DNA of 63,579 nucleotides, filler included, from Polymyxa betae A26-41 (GCA_003693705.1; 7 parts of 7 records of this genome joined end to end with filler, not necessarily neighbours in it); one strand, 5' to 3'; counted from the whole stretch's first letter, positions 1 through 12,492 are shown. The notes: generated by a model not told the origin, from the letters alone. Made by a program: numbers and translations.

Positions 1-79
1 AGTCATAAACTCAAACTCAACGATTGCTGAGAAAGCGCAACCTGTTGCTCAACAGAAGATTTTCGTTGAGTTTGCCCGT

Positions 80-250
80 CTCAGAGTCACAAACCCTAAC
101 AAATATCTCCAGCTGTTACTAATCTCTCCACCAAATACAAGGTAGTCGCTACATTGAGTTAGCTCATTTCAGAGCCACAAACCCTAATAAATATCTCCAG
201 CTGTAACGATTCCCTAGCCTCGACCAAATCCAAGGTAGTCATTTACTCAT
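80..250 (+). repeat. Diverged ~88-bp tandem duplication inside the Harbinger 5' region
   Basis: CAGAG(T/C)CACAAACCCTAA(C/T)AAATATCTCCAGCTGT...CCAAAT.CAAGGTAGTC occurs twice. Confidence 0.75.
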
Positions 251-267
251 AAACCAAATTAGCTCCA

Positions 268-1113
268 ATGGATGCATGCAATCTTGCTAATGAAAGCACT
301 GAAGTCGTCGTATTGGACTCTGGACTTGTTGGAACATTTTTTCCAACAGGCAAACGATTTCCAAGGAAACAGTTCAGCTGCGGCGATGATATCCTCCTGC
401 TACAAGCCTGTAACCACAGCGCCCCGTGGGAGTCGCCTCGTGGCAACGTTATGGCTGTGTGGAAATCAATTGCGTCTACATTGGCAGCAACGGACGCTTT
501 CGGCGTTGAAAAGGATGGACCGGCATGCAAAACCCGGTTTGAAAGAATACTTGGTTTATTTCAAGAAAAAAACAAAGAGGATCTAAGAAAGTCAGGAACA
601 GATGAGGAATTTGATCAAAGGGACGTTCTACTGGCCGATATCGAAGAGCGGATGCGCGACTTCAAAGAGGACGCAGCAAGAAAGTCAAAAATTGAACAGG
701 ATAAGATCAAAGGACTGGAATCGTCAGGACTAATCCTGCGACGCAATGCAATGGGACAATGCGACAGCACCGATGAAGAATCGTCTAATAACAGTAACTC
801 AGATTCTGATGAAGAAAATGCGCAGTCGTTGATCTCTAAAAAAAACATGCGTGCTGCTGGCAAAAGGACACCAGTATCAACCAAATCAAGACGAAAACGC
901 AAACTCACCAGCAAAGACAAGCTGGATGGTTTGCTGTCAGCAATTAAGGACGGCGTCAGCCAGAAGACAGAAACCGAAAAGAATAAGATGGCTTTGATGG
1001 AACGCCGGCTAGCGTTTGAAGAAAAGCAGGCAGCTCGACGTGATGAGGAATCGCAACGTCGCGATTCTCAGTTCCAGTTGTTACTGGAACGTTTATTGGG
1101 ACGTGACTTATAA
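268..1113 (+). CDS. Harbinger ORF1, Myb/SANT-like DNA-binding protein
   Basis: Intact 281-aa ORF: F..DDILLL...PW...W..IA..L...C..RF pattern, acidic/basic linker, C-terminal coiled coil; paired with a transposase. Confidence 0.8.
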   Translation: MDACNLANESTEVVVLDSGLVGTFFPTGKRFPRKQFSCGDDILLLQACNHSAPWESPRGNVMAVWKSIASTLAATDAFGVEKDGPACKTRFERILGLFQEKNKEDLRKSGTDEEFDQRDVLLADIEERMRDFKEDAARKSKIEQDKIKGLESSGLILRRNAMGQCDSTDEESSNNSNSDSDEENAQSLISKKNMRAAGKRTPVSTKSRRKRKLTSKDKLDGLLSAIKDGVSQKTETEKNKMALMERRLAFEEKQAARRDEESQRRDSQFQLLLERLLGRDL

Positions 1114-1189
1114 ATAATTAATAATAGTCAGAGAAATCTGCTAACCAACCACAAACCATCAAATTGGTTTAATAAATTTTTGTAAATTA

Positions 1190-2322
1190 CTACTCAAGAT
1201 TAAGGTATTGGCTCAAACTTGGTGGAGGGGTTTGGAAATACATGCTAATCTGATTGCCCTGTGGCTGTAGGCAGCAATGACAGTTTGTCAATAATGTCGC
1301 CACCAGCCACATCTTAGCAACTGGAATTTGGCAGAACGACCATAAATTTTTCAAACGTCCAAAACTCCACTCAACGCTCTCACGAACTGAGCTCATGGCA
1401 GAGTTAAATGATGCCTCGGGTGATCCAGGCTCAGCCATCGTAAATGGACAGCATATGCAGTCCGAACAGCTATAGGCAGGATCTCCATAGATTAGCTTGC
1501 CGTCGAAAATTGCGGAAGGATGACTCCGTAACTTCGGGACAATGCCACTCATCGCTAACAGCGTCGAATCATGCCGTCTGCCCTCGATGGGACCGAACAT
1601 ACTGATGATGATGCCATCGGGGGTGGTGATACCCTGCCAGTTTAAACAGTGTCGGCGAGTATGCCCACTGAAAACTGATCGCTGAGATTTTCATAAGGTC
1701 CTGAATATCGTCTCGCAGAAGGCCGTGCGATATTCTGCTTGGTACCGTCTATGAAAGCCCAGCAACTGCGGAGTGGAGCGCCCTGCCTGAAAATGGCATT
1801 GCAGTACTCATCAATCCTTTGCGTCGCTAAATACTCATTGAAGAATAGGAGATCGCGATGCGTTTCGTATAAAATGTTGACGGTAGCATCGATGTCTCTT
1901 GAACATGCCCAGGGAGACCTACCGAACTCGTTTGCGACAGTAAACAGACGGCTAGGCTCCGCCAGACGGCGGCATACCAATGCTAAAGATTCTAATGCAG
2001 GGACAGCGTCCTGTGCGCTAGTAATAATGACGTTCGGCAACCGCAGAACGACTGTCAACTGTCGAAGTTCTGGAATAGTGATCCTGAACATGTGCCTAGC
2101 GGTAACATCGTCTAAATCTTCGTTGAAATAGTTTCTGTAGTTAATCATAGTTGGATTACGATGACGTAATCGCAAGTAGCCGTGCTGCAAAATGTAGTTC
2201 ATGATGTCGAGGAACTCGGATATATCGGAACCGGTAGCAGCGAATATTGAGATAATAAATAGGATTGCCTCCTTTTCCGACATCGCTGGCAACATGAAAT
2301 CGTACGAGGATAGAGGTACCAA
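1190..2322 (-). pseudogene. Harbinger (HARBI1-like) transposase, frameshifted
   Basis: Motifs CWAFIDGT, GPIEGRRHDS, IYGDPAY, FNSAMSSVRESVEWSFG are split over two frames near 1640-1690. Confidence 0.88.
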
Positions 2323-5157
2323 TAGCGAAACTGAAACTCAAAACCATCCAGTCACCGAATTCTCGTTTTAAAACCGTTGAGTTTCAGTCATTGTGACGGG
2401 GTGAAAACTCAAACTCAAATTTGAAACAAGTCGTTCCGAATTGTCTCTAATGACTAATTGTTCAGTTTGTTGACAATTTGTTCAATCATTTCTGCGGAAA
2501 TATTTCCCACAGAAAGTGTCTCTCTGCTTGACTGCTTCTGACTTCGCCTAATGATTGGTGGACTTCTCCTAATGTGACAATACAGAATCGACTTTTTTTT
2601 GCAGATCCAAACCTTTGATCATCAAAGTTATGGATTTGAGGAGTTGATCTCTGCCAGCATCATGTAATGTTACCTTTAGTACTTCTAATCAGTCAGAAAC
2701 AGGTCAATCTATTTCACTGACGTCGATGCCTGTGAATCTGTCACTATCACCTGTGTCCATACGAGCGCGCGCCCTCCAATACGGCCGGATGCAATGTTGC
2801 AGCAAAATCGTCAGTGAAAGCCGAAGTTACGCTATCTGTGAAATCTCTGTTATACATTCCGAAACTCTGTCCAGTCCTCAACCATGTTAGTAAAACCAGT
2901 GATGATAGCGTAAATGAAATATATCTTATATTTTAACTACTCGAAGCTGAATTTCTACAGATACTTTCGTGCTGGTGTCTGACTGTCTGCAGACATGTTT
3001 CCTATCTCATCCGCTGCCCTATCTATATACTAACAGACTATCGATAACGCTTCCAGCGCTGACAATGGTCACCAACGTGGGCTAGAAAGTGTTTCAATTC
3101 TTCATTGAAAACAATGACGCTGATATCGGCTCGGTTTCGAATGGATTAGCCTGATCTGAGATCTTATTTACATTTTTTTTGTCGCTCAATCAATAGCCAT
3201 TATTTAACACTTTAAAATTCCATTTTGTGAAGATGCATTTTCATAACATGCAGGGGTTAGGGTTTAGGGTTTTTGATTCACTTAGGGGTCTCAGATTATA
3301 GGGGCTGCTGTAATATATTCGCAATTTTCCAAGTCCGTGACGCAGCCTTGTCGACCTCCTCGGCTCTCGTGGCCATTGTCGTTCTACATCTCGTTGTCTT
3401 CCATCGTCATTATGGAGGTCATGCTTGGTTTGGTGAAGCGATTGTGCTATGATCATTCGGTCACCAAACCGACGCCCTCCTCTTTAGGATGGAGTTCGAG
3501 GTTGTTGCCTCCGCGCATAAAACTTTGAGTTCAACGATCAGTTTCTCAACGTCGTTGAATTCACGCTATTATGCTATAGCAAATGCCTATCTATTGACTG
3601 TCGGAGTTCTTTGATAGCTCGACAATATGATGATAGGCGATATTCATATATTGGGCATTCCCTCCTCTATAAGGCTCTTTTATCGTGATTCCGTGATCGT
3701 TATTCTCTATTCATTACGGAATTGCTCTATTGTGCCAACATTACAGATCCGCTCGATAGCTGCTTCACGTCCCATATCGTCCTGCATGCTTGCTTCGTGG
3801 GCAACATTGCACTAGTCGTACTCCTCCCTGGCGATCTCAAGCTGTCACACAGCTCTGTAATTGTTGAAATAAAAATAGTAGTTGACCAGTTAATATTTTT
3901 CTGGATTTCGCATCACACTCCCATTGCATGCGATCGTCATGGAATGGGATCTTTCCCGCCGAATGGCTTCCTCTTCGACTTTTTCAATAATGAAGGATTA
4001 CAGAAAAAGGTTTTTATGAAATCTCGGCATCAGAATTCACGATTCGTCCACGATCCTGAGTTTAAATTGTCATTCTCTGTTGTTGCCGAAATGGTGTCGG
4101 CGCGCTTTGCTGCCGTTTTCCTCTTAATTGGCGTCGTCCTGGGCTCGCTATTAATCAGTGTCCCCTGCATAACCTGATCGTGTCCCTCTAGGGTGTCTCT
4201 GCGATATAGATATTGAAAATGATACTTTAGGAATTCTTGTAGGCCATTTTGTTCAATTTTGTTTGCTCGCTGTTTTACCCACGAATGACCATTTAGTTCA
4301 AAAAAAGTTTTGGCTTTGCTTCCAAACCTAGACTTTTTCAGTTTTTAATCATCATTTGTATACATTTCTTCTCAAGGCAGCAATTTTTTGGGTCTTTTTT
4401 TAAGTGGCGGCGTTTCAAGAAAGACTTTGGAAGGCGGTGGCCAAACGTCATGATTTTCTATGGGTCATGATCACGCTATTGACACACCTCACCTTGTCTG
4501 GTCTCGGAAACGCCCAGACTCGAACCTCCTTGAACAGAATCCTCCAATTCTTTCAATACGAAATTCTGAACAGATGGTCGCCTTCTGCTCTATTCACGAT
4601 CACTTTCATCCTATCAACAATGTACCAATTGTTCAGCTCTTCTGTATAGAGAGTATTTTTAGCGGTTCAACATCCATCACGGTCATGCTGGCCTTCACGG
4701 TCTGGAAACGCGGCCCCCTACCTGGGCCGAGTCGATTGCCTCCATCAAACACTTAGATCGTAATGCATTGTCATTGTAATGTACTCAGAATAATAAACAG
4801 CTACATAAGCGCTCATGAACTTCATAATTAATGCTATGCCCAAATATGTTCACGAAATATTGGTTTTTTAGGTCAGAGTTTCGCAGCAACCTCATTGAAG
4901 CCGATATGGTTATATTAGTTTTATTGACCCATCCGATCGATAGAATTTTGTTGCGAAAATAGCGCGCGGAGCATCCACGCAACTTATCTGAATTTTTCTC
5001 CTTTTTGATCTCCATTATTGCGATGAATATTTTCGGAATGCTTGAAAAAAAAACGCACTTTTTCTGTGTTCAATCATACCTAAATGCCAGCTTGAAACAG
5101 CCTCAATGCTATATTCCAGTTGCTGATGATGGAAGCATTCCGATTTGGCAAAAAGCA

Positions 5158-5229
5158 TTCCGATACGGGGACTCGAACCCCGGTCTCCTATGTGAAAGAC
5201 AGGTATAATTACCCCTGTACTATATCGGA
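5158..5229 (-). tRNA. tRNA-Glu(TTC)
   Basis: 72-nt cloverleaf; anticodon arm CCTGT-CTTTCAC-ATAGG; T-arm GGTTCGAGTCC; TTTTT terminator just downstream. Confidence 0.95.
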
Positions 5230-5665
5230 AGTTGTTGAGATTATGAATTGGTAGAAGACAGCAGATGATGTTACACATTGTGTGGACAATATCTGTATTA
5301 TCTGCAGATATGGATTCTCTCTACATCTTTCAAGTTTTATCGCCGCCATTTGATGCTTTGCATCAACTCATATTGAGACTATTTTAATGCTTTTATTCAT
5401 GCAGAAATGAATTCGCTCTCACTTCCTTCAAGGCTCCATCGCTTTTCATTCAGACTGCTTCAGAAGCGCCCCAAAAACTGAATCGAAAACAGCCCAATCT
5501 ACAGGTGAAAGTGAACTGATATTATGTTACAGCCCTACATTTTTACTGTTTAGATTAAGATCTATAGTAACACTCGTCATAATTCTATAGAATGTATTGA
5601 AGATAAAAACAAATTCAGTGATAAATGGTGAAACAGCAAACAGAACATTGAAGTATTTTTGTTTG

Positions 5666-6627
5666 CTATTTAATCAAGCCTGGGCATGAGCTTTGACAAT
5701 CCTCGTGATGTTCTTTCCCAACCCGATACTTTCGGCATTCACAATGGCGATTGTAGCTCTGGAACTGCTGCGTGATCGCGCCCAGAAACAGGCTCAGCTC
5801 CAGGTGTTGCTCGCGCCCGCAGATCGCCAAATGCCGCGGATTATCCCAGGACTTGGGCAGAATGCGGGCCAGCTCGACGCCGTCGCCATTCAGGATCTTG
5901 TTCGGGTTGACGTTGACCGGAAACCAGGTCCGTAGCTGAGCCCGCTCCGACCCCATCTGCAGATCAAAATACGCCGGGCGGCGTTTTCGAAACTGCACCG
6001 TCCCGATCTGCAGCAGGCCGGAGCCGTACTGGCCCGCGATCGACGTGTTCAGGCCGTCAAGGCTGAGACGGACTTGGATCTGAGTGAGGCCTGCTGGACC
6101 AATGGGACGTTCCACTGTGAATGCCATGAACGGGACGTTGAACTGATCAGGTGCGTAGGTGCGTCCGGCACGTAACGAGACGCCGCTGTTGTAGAAATGC
6201 AGTTCGGACTGTAACGTTTTGCTGTTGACGGTCATTCGAGTATCGTATCCCAACTGACGGCACTGATAATTGTAGTTGTTCTCCATGAGCACTCTTTGAA
6301 CACCGAAGGAGGCCGCACCCCAGATTCGTCCGGCAAGAATCGCATTCCGAACTCCATATGCGGAGAAACAATATCCTATGATACCACTCAGGACCAGGGT
6401 GGAAGAAATCCGAACACCTCGATCATGACGTACTGATCCTCGGAATGAAAGCCATTGTTCAACGCATCCGGAGGAAGAAAGATCAGCAGGAAAGCGCTGA
6501 CGATGGAGAACGCGCAGAGCAATACGATCAGGGTGAGGACAGCGTAGACACGGAAGGCGGCTTCGACATCGGCGGGTAGCAGGGCCAGGACCAGTACGAC
6601 CAGGAGCAGAAGAAGCCAGAACGTCAT
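5666..6627 (-). pseudogene. Signal-peptide membrane protein with probable tubby-C/scramblase (LURP-one)-like C-terminal domain; 1-nt frameshift near 6405
   Basis: MTFWLLLLLVVLVLALLPADVEA signal peptide and a TM helix lie in one frame, continuing as STLVLSGIIGYCF... in the 5666..6850 frame. The C-terminus ILNGDGVELARILPKSW...LELSLFLGAI resembles the scramblase/LOR beta-barrel plus terminal helix. The introns I tried did not restore the frame. Confidence 0.55.
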
Positions 6628-7081
6628 GGAAACGGTTGGATTGCCGAATGACACCGGGAGCCGGGAGCGAACTGTCCCCCAAGTCCGCCACGGCATCAAA
6701 TCGAGAATGATTCATGATATTATGTGCGGTGGCAAATATTATTAGCGCGATCTCCATATATTGCTTGAATTTGGATGATTCGAGTCGAAAAATACCGCCG
6801 AAACCACATTTCCAGTCTTGATATTTTTGCAAAAATGTTTTGACAGACAAATTTCCAGAAAAACAAACAGATTAGTCGTTTATTTCAAACTTTTGGGGTG
6901 TCGCTTGCTGATCGACAGCGCGTCGATCCTGCTTGGTGCGATTTTAAGGACTCAGACAAGGCGTGTAGTGTTCGCCATGCTACGGATGTGAATGAAGCGA
7001 CAAGGATGGGGCGGGACACCCAACAATCGGATATGAGAGGCCATGGGCAAGGTGTAACGATCTGTGGTGAGTAGGCCAGTA

Positions 7082-7185
7082 GGGTAGCAAGGAGGCCGCG
7101 CCCCATCTGGGGGGTATGGGGTAGCAAGGGGGGCCGCGCCTCATCAGAGGGGTGTTGGGGTAGCAAGGGGGGCCGCGCCTCATCT
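7082..7185 (+). repeat. G-rich ~38-bp tandem repeat, 3 copies
   Basis: GGGTAGCAAGG(A/G)GGCCGCGCC(C/T)CATC core repeated three times. Confidence 0.85.
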
Positions 7186-8784
7186 TGAAGTGCAATCGAC
7201 TGTTCGTGAACAACACTAGTCTCATCTCAAGGGGGCTGCAGTCGCGCATTTTCCGGCCGCACTGGCCCATCTCGTACGGTATACTGTACATTAGACGCAC
7301 CTGTTCTCGTTCAATCTGCGTTCACATCGATTTCGTAGGTTCGACTCCCTCGAAGGAGATGGAATCGAGCCATGACTGTGGGAGGCCGGGCCGTGGACGA
7401 CGAAGGAGTCATCGAAGACGTCCTTGGAGATGCTCTTCGATGGAATCGGAAAATCCATCAATTCCGTTCGAATTCTATCAATGACATTATCACGAATCCG
7501 TACGGAGCAGGATTCTGTTTTCGAACTGTTTTTGTATCCAGTATGACCGCCCAGTCAGATAGTCAGGATTCTATTGAGCAGTTAAAGGCTCACCCAGATC
7601 CTGTATCATGGATAAGAGCTACTGCTATCTGCGATCAACAACCAAATCATCCACTTCTGTAAGCACCCTGAACAGCTGAAAATCGCAAGGATAATATCGC
7701 TGATGAATCTGTGAATATCAACCCATCATCAGTATGATGCCAAGTTTCATAGAGCTCCCGATCTGATTGTTGTAAATAACAGTCGCAATTTGAAGGATTC
7801 CCAGATCGACCCAGCTTTCGTTTGCATCGGATTTCGCCTCGTTTTCGAGCCTTTATCGCTGTTTTAGGCTCCTCAATTCGACTTCCAGCCAAAGTGACGT
7901 TTCCTACTAAACTTGTAGGTCGCTCTTCGTGCAGTCTCTCTCTATATTCGCCAAACAATGGTACAAAGTAACAATCCAGTTATTAATCGTTAATGAGAGA
8001 TCATTGATTCTATGAAACCGACTACATCAATCGTTTCAAAATTCGCATTAGATTAGCACAGAGTGAAACTGCGCCAAATTTCTATCGTCGTTGTAACGAA
8101 CCTCACAACCGATGGTGGATCATCAAATTCAATCTGTCACACGAGAGCAACCTAAACTCTGTTCAAACCCTAACCCTCGCAGGTCGCAAGTCAGGGATTT
8201 TCAGCACCCATATAATGTGAACAAAAGTTCCCGAAACTGCAGAAAATCGTCGTTGTGCTGGACCTGACAGTAACGTATACCTGATGAATATTTGAATCAG
8301 ACATATTGAATATGATGAAATTCGATGCTTGAAAGGGATCGCAAAGGATGGCGATTTCGAAGAGCAAAAATCCGATCCGACACACCAACATATCGTCACG
8401 TAAGCGAGCTGTCATCACGAACAATCTTCCGTTACAGTTGCATTGTAACGTTTGCCGCTGATGCGGCTCTGGGGCGGCAACTCTTCAATGGACAATTGCC
8501 ACTATGGAGCAGCCTCCATTCTGCTGAATAACACATCTCGAAGCTTTGAGATGCCTAACGGCCCAATATCTGGCCGCACAATCTCATAGAAATCGGATAT
8601 TGCGCGGACAGCAACAAAACGAACATGTCGAACGATCAACACCGCCGATCAATTCTGTTACAAAAATCGAAGATTCGATAGAGGACCGAAAACCCGTGGA
8701 TCAGTACCGATTCGATCATGAGTACAGGAGAGCTATGACTCGTGGACCTTCAATCGATCGTATCAACTCAATATCACGATCTGT

Positions 8785-10554
8785 ATGGCGATGGCTGCGC
8801 TCATCATAGTGTTCGTTCTGTTTCTGGCGCGGATAACGGCCGAGATCATAATCCCAACGAACACGACCGAGGTGAGACTGACGGCGTTTGCGTGGAATGA
8901 ATATCTGGGCGTGTCGACGAGGAATTACGGACCGGATGCGGCCAATGTCAAAGTCCGTGGCACCATCTATCGATATGCAGAGGATCCGTGCGATACGAAC
9001 CTGCGGATTGATGATGATTTCACGGGCAGGATCGTGCTGGTCACTCATCCAATGCAATGTCCGTATTTTACGGTCTATGATAGATTCGCAGATAGGAACG
9101 CCACCGCTATCATCAGTGCGTAAAATCACAGTTGAAAACCTTTTTCAACTTTTCCAAACACATTTTCGCAAAAATTTCTGAACAACCCTTTTCGATATTT
9201 TTTTTTAGCAAATTTTGCCTTTACAAATAACATTTCGCCTTCTTAAACCAAATCAGCATCTTATTTCCAGGTTTTGTTTTCTTTTTTTGCTAAAAAAGTT
9301 TTAAAAGATTAATTTTCCAGAAAAAAAAACAAAAATGAATAACGAAAGTCTTCCATCACTTTCAATCCATTTGAGTTAGGGTTTTAGGGTTTCGCAACTG
9401 ATCGTGCATATCTAGTCGGATATCTGACCGATACACGGGATTTCTACTTCCTGAAGAGCATGTACGACCAGCGTGCCGCGACCCGCAACAACCACGCCGT
9501 CGCCGTCGAACGCATCTTCCCGGACGCCACCAAGGACGCCGCCACGCTCGCCGACGGCACCGTCGTCCAGGTCCGTGCCGACATCGACCCGGGCGTACTG
9601 GTCCGCCGCTCTTTGTGGATTCAGGCCTTGCTCCGATGGATTCCGTTTTGCATCTACGCCGTGGTCTCGACCATGTCCATTCGGTTTCTGTATTCGCATA
9701 TCGTACTTGTCCGTCAGGAGCGGCGCGGTCGCTCGTGGCTGCGCTCACTGACGCTGATCCATGTGGCGCTGGTCATCGCTGTCGTGAAGAATACGACGAT
9801 GACGCTGGCGCTGGCGGTGGGCGGGTACTTCACGGACTCCGTGATGCCGTACGAGTTCCAGTACATGTTCGCCACGCACTTGATCAGCTGGGAGAACGCC
9901 ATCGCGATCATTTCGGCGCGGTTCTGGCATCAAGTCATCTCGAAATCCGACGCCGGACACCGCAGCTATCTATTCAGTACGATCGGGTCATGCGTGTTTA
10001 TGATCTTCGCCCTAATATTAGATATGATCGGGGTCTACATGGCTGTAACGTATCGGGCCCAGTTAGCTGGAATCCACTACAAACAAATCATCAGCGCGGC
10101 CGCCCTACTGGCCACGATCGGGGTTGCGCTCTACTTCACCATCAGTGTGTTCATGTTTCACGTCCGCCTGCGTCAAGGCATTGGCTTGGCCTCCCGTCCG
10201 ACTCCGCTCATTCAACGTCTGCAGCGTCTGGTCGTACTGTTCTCGGCGGTCACCTTCGTGAACGTCTGCGATCTGTTATATTTCGCGACGCATCCGATGA
10301 AGGACGCCGATCAGTTTCGCGTGATTTTCGTCTTCATCGTGATTAACGTTACGGTGCCGTTACGGTCGCTGTGCTCGGTGTTGATGCTGAAGCCGCGGGA
10401 TAGCGCTCGCTATGTTACGAAGATGCCGGTCACGGCATCACCCGCTAATAATATCTATGTGAGGAGGTCGGATAAGAAGAAGCTGTTTACTGGGGATACA
10501 ACCGATCCGCTGACGACCGTCACATCGCCATTCCCGCAATCCGTGTCGGACTAA
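8785..10554 (+). CDS. PA-domain-like 7-transmembrane receptor (GPCR-like), ~489 aa; exons 8785-9115 and 9416-10554
   Basis: Signal peptide MAMAALIIVFVLFLARITA; PA-like GRIVLVTHPMQCPYFTVYDRFADRNATAIIIG. The GTGCGT...CTAG intron joins the two ORFs in frame. Seven hydrophobic segments and an S/T-rich cytoplasmic tail follow. Confidence 0.8.
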
Positions 10555-10808
10555 GTGCGCTAAATCATGGTCACAACAATACACTGCTGTTCACTCGCTT
10601 GTCTGATTGTTGGGTTCTCTTCCGAAACAAAGGAAAATTAAAGTAGCGGCTTCACATCAAAACCCGCAGAGAAAGGTATCTGTTTTTACGTTTGTATAAT
10701 GGCTTCGAAAAAACCAAATTCGGCTCATCGAAACGATCTTCGTGCTAGGCAAACGAATAATGTAAACATTATGAATTGTTGGCGGGTTAATAGAGATGAG
10801 ACTTTAAA

Positions 10809-11277
10809 CTGCAGATGGGTCCGGAGCGGTCTCAACTACGGACCTGGTTTGCGGTCAATATGAACCCGAACAAGATTCTGGATGGCGACGGCGTCGAGCT
10901 GGCCCGTGTTCTGCCCAAGTCCTGGAATAATCCGTGGCATTTGGCGATCTGCGGGCGCGAGAAGCACCTGAAGCTGAGCCTGTTTCTGGGCGCGATCACG
11001 CAGCAGTTCCAGAGCTACAATCGCCGTTGTAATTGCAAAACGTATAAGGTTCGGAAAGGACGTCACGTGAAGTGCAAGAAGTCGTGCCCAGGCTTGATCA
11101 CACTTTAATAAACGTTCTGTTTGTTGTTTCACCAGGTATCACGGACAGCTTATATTATATGTTAGGGTTTATCTTTAAAATATTCTATAAAATTATGAAC
11201 AATGTTACTCTAGATCTCCATCTACACAGAACACATGCGGGATTGTAACATGAACTCAGCTCATTTTCACCAGTAGA
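10809..11277 (+). pseudogene. Inverted partial copy of the 3' end and 3' flank of the 5666-6627 gene
   Basis: MGPERSQLRTWFAVNMNPNKILDGDGVELARVLPKSW... aligns to the 5666 ORF C-terminus; flank similarity extends to ~5499. Confidence 0.85.
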
Positions 11278-11575
11278 ATACCTCTCAATAACGACAATGA
11301 CGGAGTATTCTTTATTACGACAATGTCGCTATAAAGTATATGAGGTTCCTAACGGGCTATTGACCATTTCTATGTATTAACTCTCAGCAGTTATTGCCAT
11401 CGTTTTTAAGGTCGATTTCTCGAAAAAAATACAAAATTAAAGCTTTACAATAAGAAGTTCCTCTGGCAGTCCTGGGGGGTCTTTCCCGAATCACAGAGCC
11501 CCATACAAATCTCATCTGACAGACATGGGCCGCGCCGCCATATCATTGATGTCGTTGTAGAGAATCCATTTCGTT

Positions 11576-12292
11576 GTGATCTGGGCCGTTATCCGCGCCA
11601 GAAACAGAACTGACAATGTGATGAGCGCAGCCATCGCCATCAAGATCGTGATATCGAGTCTGAAAAAAAGAGGCTCCGCGGCCAAAATAGGGGGCCGTTT
11701 TGCATCGCAAACTTTAAGAATTTTTTATCCAGCTGCAGGGAGGCTGCTCCAGAGTGGCAACTGTCCAGTGAAGCTGTGCTGCCCCCGAGCCGCATCAGCG
11801 TCAAACGTTACAAAGGTAACGGAAGATTGTCCGTGATGACAGCTCGCTTACTTGACGATGTCTTGGTGTGTTGGATCTGAGTCGTGAAATGAGTCGCGAC
11901 GATCTCTGCTTTCTGGATCTGCTTTCCAACGATCACAATTTTACGCTCCGAAATGGCCATCTTTTGCGATTTCTTTCAACCATCAAATTTCATCATACTG
12001 AATCTGTTTGTTACAGGTATTCATCAGGTATACGTTACTGTCAGGTCCAGCACACAATTTTCTGCAGTTTCCGGAATTCCTGCTCCGTGCGGAGTCGTGA
12101 TTATGTCATTGATAGAACTGGAACGAAATTGATCGATTTTCCGATTCCGTCGAAGAGCATCTCCAATGCCGAGCTTCGGTGAACTCATCGTCGTCATGGC
12201 CCGCCTCCATCAATCATGGCTCGTTTCCATCTCCTTCGAGGGAGTCGAACCTACGAATCGATGTGAACGCTGATTGAATGAGAACAGGTGCG
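11576..12292 (-). repeat. Inverted copy of the receptor upstream region and signal-peptide start (matches 7277-7500 plus 8225-8850)
   Basis: Reverse complement matches GCACCTGTTCTC..., GGACCTGACAGTAACGTATACCTGATGAATA and ATGGCGATGGCTGCGCTCATCA. Confidence 0.85.
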
Positions 12293-12492
12293 TGGTATAA
12301 GGGCCCGTGCGGCAACACCCATTATTCCTCAGCATCCGCTACGTCTAGAAACTGAAGTATCCAACTCTCTGGAAATCCAACCAGATTATGAGCTCGGTCC
12401 ATTCTCGCGGTCCCTGCCGCTGTTTGGAACAAAACCTTAACTTTCTCAGTGTTTGATTTTATCCGTCTAAAATACCGGCTTGAAACAGCCTC

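Larger units (their letters stand above)
1..2447. mobile_element. PIF/Harbinger DNA transposon (left end outside window)
   Basis: Convergent Myb/SANT-like ORF and DDE_Tnp_4-type transposase. Right end ...TCGTTCCGAATTGTCTC is followed by TAA (candidate TSD). AAACTCAAACTC subterminal motif occurs at both ends. Confidence 0.85.

Noticed and set aside
2885-3247. TGTTAG...ATAACA candidate solo LTR
   Set aside because: No target-site duplication and no second copy.
3700-4760. Possible decayed pogo-like transposase on the minus strand
   Set aside because: Only a weak RLGPGRGPRF similarity; frames too broken to support a call.
6628-6850. N-terminal part of the 394-aa ORF 5666..6850
   Set aside because: TTG start and non-protein-like sequence; the signal-peptide frame starting at 6627 is the better 5' end.
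9362-10346. Multiple overlapping and antisense ORFs over the 7TM gene (likewise over Copia, Gypsy and 18229)
   Set aside because: Shadow ORFs from GC-rich codon usage, with no independent motifs.
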